64,000 bases of DNA from NCBI GenBank assembly GCA_001602415.1, contig CP012155.1:2874824-2938823 (forward strand). Direction: 5' to 3'. Source of the stretch: Bacteroidetes bacterium UKL13-3. Lineage in GTDB: Bacteria > Bacteroidota > Bacteroidia > UKL13-3. Position 1 is the first letter of the stretch, and every line of letters begins with the position of its first letter. The translations under genes and the position numbers were made by a program. Of the stretch, positions 20,312 through 31,800 are shown piece after piece. The notes below the pieces were generated by a model. The model had not been told where the DNA came from, made no database searches, and saw nothing but the letters and a program-made list of their open reading frames with translations.

Positions 20312-20391
20312 AAGTTACAAACTTCAAACAGCGCAAGCGCATCTGCGAAGTTTAAAACTTTGCAGATACAAGACTGGCAAGTTTGTAACTT
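20312..20391. terminator. nested inverted-repeat structure between the amidohydrolase and NUDIX genes
   Basis: Outer 13-bp inverted repeat AAGTTACAAACTT (20312-20324) / AAGTTTGTAACTT (20379-20391). It encloses an inner 12-bp-stem hairpin TCTGCGAAGTTT-aa-AAACTTTGCAGA (20342-20366, 1 mismatch). Confidence 0.4.
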
Positions 20392-20400
20392 GCTCTTTCA

Positions 20401-21663
20401 TTATTTCAACTGATACTTCTCTTTGTACTTTCTGTACAATTGCTTTTGTTGATTGTCTAAATCTATTTCCTTGCCCTCCATAAACGCCCGTTCTACAACA
20501 CTTGTGCGCATATCCAGTATATCGCCACTGCTTATAATAAATGTGGCATCTTTTCCTGCCTCTAGTGAACCAATTGTTTTATCTACTCCAATTATTTTGG
20601 CAGCGTTGTAGGTTATACATTGCAAAGCTTCTTCTTTGCTTAAACCGTAATTTACGGTTGTGCCAGCATTAAACATTAGATTGCGTACTTCCCAATAGCC
20701 GTTATGACCAATAGCAACCGTTATTCCGGCTCTTACCAACTCGGCCACCGTTTTGTAGGGTTGATCAATATCACTGTGATTATGTTTAGGTAATTGGTGA
20801 ACGTTATTGATAACAACCTGAAGATTGCTCTCTTTAATTTGTTCCTTCACCATCCATGCATCATTTGCATCAACCAACACCAATCGCATGTTTGGATATT
20901 GTTTTTTGAATTGGATGACTGCAATAATAGACTTTGCACTTTCTGCATGCACGTAGAGGTTCTTGGTGCCATTTAATACCCCTTTCATTGCATCCAACCG
21001 TGCATTGAACACGTTAGGTTTTGCTATCCGATTGTATTGATCGGCTTGTTCAAAAAACTCTTTAATTGTTCTCAACTCTTTTTCATTTTTGAGTTGTTGT
21101 GCGTTGCCCTGCTCAGCCCACCATCCGGTGTATCGAATCTCTTCGGGCCAATTTAGGTGCACGCCATCATCGGCTTTGTATACGGCATCTTCCCAGTTCC
21201 AAGCAGACGTGCGCATCAAACTCGACATCCCCGAAATTAAACCACCTTGCGGAACCGGTTGAGTATATAAAATTCCGTTGCTTAACGCGGTAGGTATTAC
21301 TTTTGAATCTGTATTATAAGCAATCAATGATCGCACATTGGGATTAATTTCACCTGTTTCTTTAAAATCTAACGTTGCACGCACCGCTTCAATTTCGTTA
21401 AGCCCCATTATATTGCTCATGCAAATAATACCCGGATAAATATGTTTACCTGTTACATCAATATTTGTTGCATTTGCAAATCCTGCATCAATCTTTTCTG
21501 AGCAAAACAAAACCTTTCCGTTTGCTATTCCGAGGTAACCTTTTTCGATCACTTGTCCGTTTCCAATATGTATGGTTGCTCCTTTATACACAACCAGATT
21601 TTGTTGTGCAGTTGATACACAAACAGCAAACAAGAATATTAGACCTAAACTATTTTTTATCAT
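20401..21663 (-). CDS. secreted amidohydrolase family protein
   Basis: 420 aa with signal peptide. Metal-dependent amidohydrolase fold (GxxDxHxH-like N-terminal region). Commonly paired with the large amidohydrolase that follows. Confidence 0.65.
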   Translation of the reverse strand: MIKNSLGLIFLFAVCVSTAQQNLVVYKGATIHIGNGQVIEKGYLGIANGKVLFCSEKIDAGFANATNIDVTGKHIYPGIICMSNIMGLNEIEAVRATLDFKETGEINPNVRSLIAYNTDSKVIPTALSNGILYTQPVPQGGLISGMSSLMRTSAWNWEDAVYKADDGVHLNWPEEIRYTGWWAEQGNAQQLKNEKELRTIKEFFEQADQYNRIAKPNVFNARLDAMKGVLNGTKNLYVHAESAKSIIAVIQFKKQYPNMRLVLVDANDAWMVKEQIKESNLQVVINNVHQLPKHNHSDIDQPYKTVAELVRAGITVAIGHNGYWEVRNLMFNAGTTVNYGLSKEEALQCITYNAAKIIGVDKTIGSLEAGKDATFIISSGDILDMRTSVVERAFMEGKEIDLDNQQKQLYRKYKEKYQLK

Positions 21664-21720
21664 ACGTTAAATGTTATCATGTTAAAAGAATTGCTCCCAG
21701 AAAACTTAGCCCAACAGAGA

Positions 21721-24693
21721 TTAATCATCGCAATGGTATTCATCTTGTGGTTTAGAGATTTTCTTTTCGGTTTTTTCACCATTTCGTTTGGCTAGTATCA
21801 TCTTTTGAATGATGCGTTCACGTTCTCGTTTCAATTCTTCTCTAAGCTTTTTATCTTTATCAATAGTATACATACACATACCATCAACAAGTGTCATTTC
21901 GGATTTTGCATAAATACTTAGCGGATGGTTGCTCCACAATACTAAATCTGCATCTTTACCAGCTTTAATACTTCCCATTTTGGCATCTAAGTGAAGCATT
22001 TTGGCAGGATTAAGGGTTACCATTTTTATGGCTTCTTCTTCAGATACTCCACCATATTTAATTGTTTTGGCAGCCTCTTGATTTAACCTTCTGCCCATCT
22101 CTGCATCGTCCGAATTGATGCCAGTATTCACACCCATTTGTGTAAGAATAGCTGCATTGTACGGAATAGCTTCCATTACCTCAAATTTATAGGCCCACCA
22201 ATCGGCAAATGTGCTGGCATTTACCCCGTGAGCTTTCATTTTATCAGCTACTTTATATCCTTCTAAAATATGTGTAAAGGTATTCACTTTGAAACCCATC
22301 GAATCGGCAACATGCATGAGCATATTAATTTCGCTTTGTACGTAACTATGACAGGTGATGAATCGTTTTTGATGCAAAATTTCTACCACAGCATCCAACT
22401 CTAAATCTCTTCTTGTTGTGGCATCGGTTTTTAATTGTTGCTCATACTCTTTTGCTCTAATAAAAGCATCATAAAATGTTTGCTCAACACCCATACGTGT
22501 TTGTGGATACCGGAAAACGGCTCTATCTCCCCAATTCGATTGTTTTACATTTTCGCCTAAAGCAAATTTGATAAACCCATCGGCTCCCGCTATTTTCATT
22601 TTCTCTGGTTCAAATCCCCAACGTAATTTGACTAAAGCACTTTGCCCACCGATGGGATTTGCCGAACCATGCAGCAATTGTGATGCCACCACACCACCTG
22701 CAAGTTGCCTGTATATATTAATATCTTCACTATTTATAACATCTCCAATTCGCACTTCACTCGAGCTGCTTTGTGTACCTTCGTTCACTCCATTACTGAT
22801 GGCAATATGAGAGTGTTCGTCAATTATTCCTGCAGTAATATGTTTATCTCTAGCATTAATTTCAATTGCTCCTACTGCGTTCAAATTGCTTCCCACAGCG
22901 GCTATTTTTCCTTGCTTCACCAATACATCTGCTTGCTTTAAAACTCCCTCGTTTTCGTTGGTCCACACCGTTGCATTTTTAAACAAATAGGTTTCCTGTT
23001 TGGGTAAAACTGCGCTGCCATAATCGGTAAATGGATATACTATTGCTTGAAGTTGATGGCCTGTTTTTGCTGAATCCTTTGGCGTTTTCTCGGTAATTGT
23101 ATCAATTAAATTTATAGAAAATAAACTTACTAAGCCATTGGGCATGGTAAGGTTTCCAGTTAATTTTTTAACTACTGCAGGATAAACAGAGCTATCTATT
23201 TGTTCGGGCCAACCTATGGCTCTAATCAACGAATCACCCTTTTTATTGAGCGCAATTTGCCACACAAACATTCCTTTTTCTTGAGATATTTGAACCTTCA
23301 AGGTATCCTTAGCAATAAGTTGCTGACTTCCCTTTTTTGCCTGTAATACATATTCACCAAAATGCGGGTGTGTAATAGCATATTTGCCTAATAGTGTAGG
23401 ATGTTTAGCAGCTGATACTTCATACTGTTTCCCTTTCACCCATGTTTGAAGAATAGCAGCATCTGATGAAAAAATAGGCGCATCTGTAATCAAAAAATTA
23501 GCAACCAACCCTGTTTTAAGCGCCCCAATTTGAGACTCGGCTTTAAGTATTGAAGCAGGTGTTGCTGTGAGTGCTTTCAAAGCTTCTGTTTCCGATAATC
23601 CATAGGCAACAGCCTTTTTTACGTTTTGTAAAAACTGTTTAGGATTTTCGCACCCATCAGAAGTAATTGTAAAACGAATTCCTTTTTCGTTTACCAACCT
23701 TAAATTAAAAGGAGCCGTTTCCCAGTGTTTTAAATCAGAGGTGCTTACATAAGCCGCATCAAAAGGATCTTCAACATCGTAGGGTTTAGGAAAATTAACC
23801 GGTATAATTAGCGTAGCATTTGTTGGTTTAACCTCATCCAATAGTTGGTATTCATCGCCTGCTGTTTTCATGAGGAATTGAACGCCAAATTCATCTCCAA
23901 CTTTATCCGCACGCAAGAGAGAGAGTTTATTATCGATAGCAAAAATTCCTGGAAGGGTTTTTAATTGGTTAAATGATTCGAGTGTAAGATTGGTTTCTTT
24001 GTTTTGCTTTTGATACCATTGCGCATCGTAATATGTTTGGCGCAACAATGCAATACTTCCCATTAATGACGATGGGTATGATTGTTTGGAACTTCCTTTA
24101 TGAAAGGAGAAACCTGCGGCAGCTTTCGCTGTAAGAATCATGTCGTGCTCAACACCCGATGCCGTTAATACCAGCGCATTACTCCCTCTGCAAATTCCAT
24201 CTTGCAACCCGCTTAATACTGCGCCAAATCCTGCCTCACGCAATTGAGTTGCCTTTTTTTCATCAACAACAAAATTAGTTGCTGCATTAACTTCAGCCTT
24301 TATCGACTCATTCCAATTATATGCGCCCTTTTTGGCAGATACAAATTGACGCGTTTCTTGCTCGCTCTTTTTAGGCTCAACCGGTGGTTGAATGCCATAG
24401 GATGAATATAAATCAATAAAAGCCGGATAGATATATTTCCCCTTCGCATTCATAACTGTTGCCCCCTCGGGAATTGATTTTGCTAGACCTGCGTAAACCA
24501 CTTTACCATCTTTAATAATGAGTAGCCCATTCTCAATCTTGGTTTGGTAATCCACAAATAAAGTTGCGTTGGTAAAAGCAAAAAACTGAGGTAAAATATC
24601 GCGCGGGCCGTTTACCGGAAAGGTTTGTTGAGCATTAACCATATTGGTTGCCATCCACAAAAAAAGTATCAGAATTTTCTTCATTATAGGCAA
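21721..24693 (-). CDS. large secreted amidohydrolase family protein (two amidohydrolase-like regions)
   Basis: 990 aa with signal peptide. Motifs GIIDEHSHIAISNGVNEG and KMGSIKAGKDADLVLWS are typical of amidohydrolases. Confidence 0.65.
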   Translation of the reverse strand: MPIMKKILILFLWMATNMVNAQQTFPVNGPRDILPQFFAFTNATLFVDYQTKIENGLLIIKDGKVVYAGLAKSIPEGATVMNAKGKYIYPAFIDLYSSYGIQPPVEPKKSEQETRQFVSAKKGAYNWNESIKAEVNAATNFVVDEKKATQLREAGFGAVLSGLQDGICRGSNALVLTASGVEHDMILTAKAAAGFSFHKGSSKQSYPSSLMGSIALLRQTYYDAQWYQKQNKETNLTLESFNQLKTLPGIFAIDNKLSLLRADKVGDEFGVQFLMKTAGDEYQLLDEVKPTNATLIIPVNFPKPYDVEDPFDAAYVSTSDLKHWETAPFNLRLVNEKGIRFTITSDGCENPKQFLQNVKKAVAYGLSETEALKALTATPASILKAESQIGALKTGLVANFLITDAPIFSSDAAILQTWVKGKQYEVSAAKHPTLLGKYAITHPHFGEYVLQAKKGSQQLIAKDTLKVQISQEKGMFVWQIALNKKGDSLIRAIGWPEQIDSSVYPAVVKKLTGNLTMPNGLVSLFSINLIDTITEKTPKDSAKTGHQLQAIVYPFTDYGSAVLPKQETYLFKNATVWTNENEGVLKQADVLVKQGKIAAVGSNLNAVGAIEINARDKHITAGIIDEHSHIAISNGVNEGTQSSSSEVRIGDVINSEDINIYRQLAGGVVASQLLHGSANPIGGQSALVKLRWGFEPEKMKIAGADGFIKFALGENVKQSNWGDRAVFRYPQTRMGVEQTFYDAFIRAKEYEQQLKTDATTRRDLELDAVVEILHQKRFITCHSYVQSEINMLMHVADSMGFKVNTFTHILEGYKVADKMKAHGVNASTFADWWAYKFEVMEAIPYNAAILTQMGVNTGINSDDAEMGRRLNQEAAKTIKYGGVSEEEAIKMVTLNPAKMLHLDAKMGSIKAGKDADLVLWSNHPLSIYAKSEMTLVDGMCMYTIDKDKKLREELKRERERIIQKMILAKRNGEKTEKKISKPQDEYHCDD

Positions 24694-24813
24694 TATAGCA
24701 GATTAATGTGTACAACAAAAACCAGTAATCATTTTGAAGAAAATAGGCTAGAAAAAATCAGACGAAAGGCAAATTACATTCAGGTATTAAAATTTTCAGC
24801 AGCATACACATCG

Positions 24814-24847
24814 AACATAGCTTAGGGTTTAAACCCTAAGCTATGTT
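24814..24847. terminator. perfect 34-bp palindrome immediately 3' of the 115-aa gene
   Basis: AACATAGCTTAGGGTTT|AAACCCTAAGCTATGTT is perfectly self-complementary. No U-tract follows on either strand. Confidence 0.45.
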
Positions 24848-24875
24848 AAGGATTGCTTAACACAAAACGAATACG

Positions 24876-25223
24876 TCAACAACCACAACCCTTGCGGGTT
24901 TTTAACACTCCATTTTCGTCAATGGTTTTAATAATGCGGCCTTTGCTATAAAATATTTGCCATTTTAAAACTCCATTATCCCATTTCTCTTTCAGGTCAA
25001 TTGTACCATTTGGGTTATAATGCAACCAAACCTTGTGCTTTTGGCTGTTGTGATAAAAGCCTCGCTCCTTAACCACACCATCGTCATAACGCATAATATA
25101 TTTTCCATCAGGAATTGATTGCGCATAGCCCCCTGTTACGCTTAAAGCCATAAAAGCTAAACAACACATCAGCAAAATAAACTGATAGTCAATGGATTTG
25201 TGTTTTAAAATGTTTTTTTTCAC
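24876..25223 (-). CDS. small exported MORN-variant (YwqK-like) protein
   Basis: 115 aa, hydrophobic N-terminus. Repeats of the form G.Y..Y..G....G.Y. Ends GCGC. Confidence 0.4.
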   Translation of the reverse strand: MKKNILKHKSIDYQFILLMCCLAFMALSVTGGYAQSIPDGKYIMRYDDGVVKERGFYHNSQKHKVWLHYNPNGTIDLKEKWDNGVLKWQIFYSKGRIIKTIDENGVLKTRKGCGC

Positions 25224-25293
25224 TCTTTCAAAGTTAAAAACATTTCTTATTTTAGTGGCCTTATATACACAGCATTTACAACTAAAATAACTC

Positions 25294-25878
25294 GTGATAA
25301 CTCATATTGACGGAAAATTGGTTCAGAAAACCCCAACCTATGTGGTGATTGATTGTGGCGGAGTAGGTTATGCCATTAATATCTCCCTTCATACTTATGA
25401 CAAATTAAGCGACAACGAACGCCTTAAACTTTTTACTCATCAGGTGATTAAGGAAGATAGTCATACGCTTTACGGTTTTTTTGATGATGAAGAGCGACAA
25501 TTATTTGTGCAGCTCATATCGGTTAGTGGTGTTGGTCCCAACACTGCCCGCCTGATGTTATCCTCTTTAAAACCTTCTGACATTAAACAAGCAATAACCA
25601 CAGCCAACTGGGCGTTAATTAAAACCGTTAAAGGTATTGGCGAAAAAACAGCACAAAAAGTGGTTATTGACTTAAAAAATAAGGTTAAAGGAGATGATAT
25701 TGCAGAAGGACTCTCGTTTGCAGGTTCAAAAAATGTATCAATGGAAGAAGCATTGGCCGCCTTGGTTATGCTTGGATTTTCTAAGGCTGAAGCTGAAAAA
25801 GGGCTTCAAAAAATTAGACAACAAAATCCACTATATACTGTAGAAGAGTTAGTAAAAAATACCTTAAAAATTCTTTGA
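25294..25878 (+). CDS. ruvA: Holliday junction DNA helicase subunit RuvA
   Basis: MITHIDGKLVQKTPTYVVIDCGGVGYAINISLHTY, with a HhH region. Confidence 0.9.
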   Translation: MITHIDGKLVQKTPTYVVIDCGGVGYAINISLHTYDKLSDNERLKLFTHQVIKEDSHTLYGFFDDEERQLFVQLISVSGVGPNTARLMLSSLKPSDIKQAITTANWALIKTVKGIGEKTAQKVVIDLKNKVKGDDIAEGLSFAGSKNVSMEEALAALVMLGFSKAEAEKGLQKIRQQNPLYTVEELVKNTLKIL

Positions 25879-25893
25879 TGGCGCATTTCTACT

Positions 25894-28800
25894 TTGCTAA
25901 GTAACTCTCGAAACACATACATATCATTTTCAGCAGTTGTAGCTATCTTCTTATCGGTGGCCTGGTCGGTTAGTGCCGAAACTTTTGTAGAAAAGGAAGA
26001 AACAAAACTGCGTAAAAAAATGTGGGGATTTGCCCCGCCCGACTCATTGTTGGGTGATTCTTCGCGCATAAAGCTACCCTACCCCATTAAAGATAGAAAA
26101 CCATACGAACGTACCACATCTAAGAATCCGCTCGACTTAGGCGAGCCGTCTAATATTAAGAACCGTTACGATCTTGATCCAGAAACAAACTCTTATAACT
26201 ACTCATCAAAAGTAGGAGGACAAGATTACCGCTTGCCAGCTTCGATGAGTTTAAAAGACCAGCTTAAAGAAGACGGAAAGCGTAAAAACAACGACTATTT
26301 CCGCCAGCGCTCGCAAGCCAACAACTTTGTTAGCGGAAGTGGTATTATTCCTCCTTTAAGGGTTGGTCCTAAAATTTTCGAAAAAATATTTGGAAGTGGC
26401 ATCATCGATATTAGGCCACGAGGTACAGCAGAACTCGTGTTTTCGGGAAACTTTAATACCGTGCGCAACCCAGCATTTGCTCCGCAGCAACAAACAATAG
26501 GGCAGTTCGACTTTAGACAAAAAATTCAGTTAAACGTGCAAGGTAGCATAGGCGACCGCATGAAGGTAAACATCAACTACGATACTGAAGCTACTTTTGA
26601 TTTCGAAAATCAGGTTAAGTTAGATTACAGTGGAAAGGAAGATGATATTATTAAAAAGATAGAGTTGGGAAACGTGAGTTTGCCTCTTAACTCCTCACTT
26701 ATTCAAGGAAGTCAAAGTTTATTTGGTATTAAAACCGTGATGCAATTTGGTAAACTTACCGTTACCACCATCATTACCCAACAACGAGGAAAAACTACTG
26801 AAACAGAAATATCAGGAGGTTCGCAAAGTACTAGGTTTGATATACAAGCTGATGCTTATGACATGAACCGTCACTATTTCTTATCTCACTATTTTCGTGA
26901 CAACTATGATGCCTGGCTGTCTAACCTTCCAATTATTGGATCGCCCATCATTATTAATCGTGTAGAGGTTTGGGTTACCAATCGGTCGGGGTCGTTTGAA
27001 GGATCACGTGATGTGGTTGGTTTTGCCGATTTGGGTGAATCCGACAAACGCGACAACAAAAAATGGGTTGTCACCAATCCGCAAGACATAGCACCAAATA
27101 ATACAACCAATAATTTATACGCTTACCTAAACGGAGAAACCCCACTAAACAGCAATAAAAGCGGACTACGTTCAGCACTTCAAGTGCAAAACGAATTGCA
27201 AAAAGATTTGCCAAGAACAACACTCCAACCCATTTCGCAGTATCAAGGTGTGAGTTATGCCCGTTTACTCTCACCAACTGAATATACTTTTAACCCTCGC
27301 CTAGGATACATCTCTTTAAATCAAGCACTCAATAATGATGATGTACTATGTGTAGCATACGAATATTCTTTTAATGGTCGTCCGTTAAAAGTTGGAGAAT
27401 TTACCACCGATGTTCCGCAAGACCCTAGCATACCTACCGTATTATTCACTAAAATGCTAAAAGGTCCTTCACTTCGCCCAGACTTACCTATTTGGGATTT
27501 AATGATGAAGAACATTTATTCGCTCGGTACTTTCCAACTTCAGCAAAAAGATTTCCGACTTAATATTGTTTATGCCGATGACCCATCGGGAGCTGACTTA
27601 AACTATTTACCGGTGCAAAACGAGCCTCAACTTACCGGTTTGCCTTTGGTGCGGGTGTTCAATTTAGATAACTTAAACACACAACAGGAGAAAGCTCCCG
27701 ATGGTAATTTTGACTTTATTGAAGGTGTTACTGTTAGCTCACAACAAGGACGAATTATTTTTCCCATGTTGGAACCCTTTGGAAACTATTTAACTAACAA
27801 GTTCGTGAACGACCGTTCGCGGGCACGCTATTATTCGTTTTATGAGTTGTATGACTCCACTCGCTTTGCAGCAGTTCAGCTACCTCAATATAATAAATTT
27901 TTCTTAAGAGGAATCTATTCGGGTAACTCAAGCTCCGAAATTTCTTTAGGACAAAGTAATATACCGAAGGGTTCGGTTAGAGTAACGGCCAATGGAGCTC
28001 CACTTACCGAAAACCAAGATTTTACAGTTGACTATATGTTAGGACGTGTAAAAATCATCAATACCGGATTACTTAACTCGGGCGCTGTTATTAAAGTTTC
28101 TTCCGAAAGCAATTCACTGTTTAGCGTGCAGCAAAAAACGTTGCTCGGCTCACGTTTTGATTATAAGGTTAACAATGACATTTTATTTGGTGGAACAATT
28201 TTATACCTCAATGAAAGGCCGCTTACACCAAAAGTAAATATTGGAGAAGAACCCATTAGCAACATGATGATTGGCTTAGATGGAACGTATACAAAAGAAT
28301 CACGATTGCTTACCAAATTGGTTGATAGGCTGCCTTTCATCGAAACTAAAGAGCCTTCCAACATAACCATTAAGGGTGAATATGCACAGCTTATTCCAGG
28401 AGTGCAAAGCTCACTCGCTAATAGTGGAACTGCTTATTTAGATGACTTTGAAGGAAGTGAAACACCTTTTGACTTACGATTGGGTAATAACTGGTTTTTA
28501 GCATCAACACCTCAAGGGCAATTGGATAAATTCCCTGAAACTGCAGTTACCAATAAACTTGATTACGGCTTTAAAAGAGCCAACCTTGCTTGGTACAGTA
28601 TTGCCAGTACCTTTTACATAAACAACGCACAAACCCCCACACATATTCAAAACGATGATGTACAATTATCAGATCATAGAGTGCGCCAAGTCGGGGTAAA
28701 CGAAATATATCCAAGCCGCCAAGTTCAAAGCGGCCAGCCAACCAATCTGCCAACTTTTGATTTATCATTTTACCCCAAAGAACGTGGCCCATACAATTAC

Positions 28801-31800
28801 ACAGTTGCTGGTTTAAACGCTGATGGAACACTAAAAAATCCAACACAGACCTGGGGTGGTATTATGCGTAAAATTGAACAAAATGATTTTGAAGCATCAA
28901 ATATTGATTATATTGAAGTTTGGATGCAGGATCCTTATTTAAGTAATCCCAATCCAGGAAATAAAGGTCAGTTGTATATTAACCTCGGAAATATTTCAGA
29001 AGATATTTTACGCGATAACAGACGTGCAGCCGAAAATGGCTTGCCACGCTCGGCCGATCCAACTTTACAGTATGTTGATACCACTGCTTGGGGAAGAATT
29101 GGCCGTCAGCCAGTTGTTAACTTTGCTTTTGATGCTGATCCTGCCATTCGCGCATTGCAGGATGTAGGTTTGGATGGATTTAATGACGATGGTGAAAGAA
29201 CTTATTTTGACACTTCTTACTTGGCAAAACTAGCCACAACCTTTGGTATAAACTCCCCCGCATACCAAAATTCCTTTTCAGACCCATCATTTGATAACTA
29301 CCATTACTATTTAGGCACAGCCGATTATGATCCTGCCCAATTGAGTATTTTGGATCGTTACAAAAAATACAACAAACATCAAGGAAATTCTCCAACACAA
29401 ACACAATCCACCGAACCTTTTGCTACATCGGCAACCAATATTCCCGATAATGAAGATATTAATCGTGATTACACCCTAAACGATATTGAAGAGTATTATC
29501 AATACAAAATTGATATTGATAAAGGACGTTTAATTGTGGGACAGAATTATGTTACAGATAGTATTGTTACACCTGATGTTCCGTTAAAAAATGGAAAAAA
29601 AGAATCTGTTACCTGGTATCAATTAAAAATTCCAATTCGCGAATATGAGAAACGTGTGGGTGAAATTTTAGATTTTAAATCTATCCGTTTTGTGCGTTTG
29701 TTCATGAGTGGATTTGAAAACGAGCAAGTACTTCGTTTTGGTGCTTTTCAGCTGGTACGTGCCGATTGGCGCAAATATCTAGGAAATCTTGAAGCAGGTA
29801 AAGAAGCAAAACCGAGCAACCCCGAAGATGATACACGTTTTGTGGTTTCAACGGTTAACATTGAAAAAAATAGGTTCCGCACTCCCATTCCGTATGTTGT
29901 GCCTGCGGGCATTCAGCGCGAAATAGATTTTAGTTCACCACAAGCCGTTCAGCAAAACGAGCAATCATTATCCGTATTGGTGTGTAATCTAAAAGATGGT
30001 GATGCGCGTGGGGTATTTAAAAATATCAAAACAGATTTGCGCCAATATGGTAAGCTTCGAATGTTTATCCATGCTGAAGGAGATCAAACCAACAATGGTG
30101 ATGTAACAGCATTTATCCGTTTAGGAACCGATTTAACCAACAACTACTACGAATTTGAAATTCCATTAACGATGACTCGGCCCGGACAGGCCTCTCCAGA
30201 GCAAATATGGCCTTCCGAAAATGAAATGATTATCGACTTGGAAGAGTTTATTAATACTAAAATTCAACGCACCAATGCTAATCATCCATTTACAACTCCG
30301 TATTACCGACAAGCGGGTAGGTTTAAATATACCGTTATTGGACTACCCGATTTAAGTAACTTAAGGGTGGCCATGCTGGGTATTCGTAACCCTCGGGCTA
30401 TTCCGGGTGCCGTAGATGATGGGTTACCTAAATGTACCGAAGTATGGTTTAATGAATTGCGAATGACAGAGTTTAACCAGCGAGGAGGTTGGGCTGCAAA
30501 TGGTTTAATACAAGCTAAACTTGCCGATTTCGCAAACGTCCGATTATCTGGAAGTGTATCAACCGTTGGGTTTGGTGGAATTGATAAGAAACTGAGTGAA
30601 CGTAATTTTGACGATCATTACCAATACGATATTCAAAGTAGTTTTGAGTTAGGGAAATTCTTTCCGAAAAATACTGGATTATCTATTCCGATGTTTGTAT
30701 CGTATGGTAATATTTTAGTTAGACCATACTACAATCCACTTAACCCAGACACAAGGCTGCAAAAAGAAATTGATGAAACAACCGACCCTCTTCGAAAAGA
30801 GAAACTCAAAGGAGCGTCTGATGATTTTACAGCCAAGAGAAGTATCAATTTTACGAATGTGCGCAAAAACAAAGTTGGACAAAACACCAAAAATCATTTT
30901 TACGATGTAGAAAATTTCAACTTCACCTATTCCTTTAATGAAACATTTAGGCGCAACCAAACGATGGAGTATTACCTCCAACAGAATTATAAAACAATGT
31001 CGGGATATAGCTACAATTTTAATCCTAAACCTTGGGAACCTTTTAGTAACATCATCAAATCAAAACAACTTTCTCTAATCAAAGACTTCAACCTTTATTT
31101 CAAACCTCAATCTTGGGGAGCTCGTTTGGAAACGGACAGAAGATATGGCGTTACGTTAGACCGTAGTAACGATAATTTAGGAATTAAACCACAGACCAAC
31201 TACGATAAGATGTATACCATGACGCGTTATTATGAATTCCGGTATGATATTTCAAAAGGACTAAAACTTGATTATAACGCAACTGCTCTTGCCCGTATTG
31301 ACGAGCCTTTGGGAAATATTGACAGCAACACACCCAATAAAAAGGATTCTATTTGGGATAACTTCTTAAAAGGTGGACGGTTGATGCAGTTTGACCAAAC
31401 TTCACGATTAAATTATTCCATTCCTATCAATAAAATCCAACCATTAAGTTGGATTACACCAACCTATACCTACACGGCAACTTACCAATGGAAACAGGCG
31501 CCACCAGCTGCCGATAGCCTAGGAAATACCTTATCAAACTCGCGTGCGCAGGCATTTAATACAAACTTCAACTTTACCATGTTGTACAATAAGGTTCCAT
31601 TTTTGCGCAATATTCTCAATCCAAATCAACCACGAAAACCTGCTCCTAAAAAAGAGGAAATTAAACTAGGCAAAGATGGCAAGCCGCTCAAAAACGCCAA
31701 GAAAGAAGAGAAGGAAAAAGAACCCGCCAAAAATCCACCAGTGTTGGTGTACACAATGAAAGTGTTGATGAGTTTGAAAAATGCATCTGTTGCCTACAAT

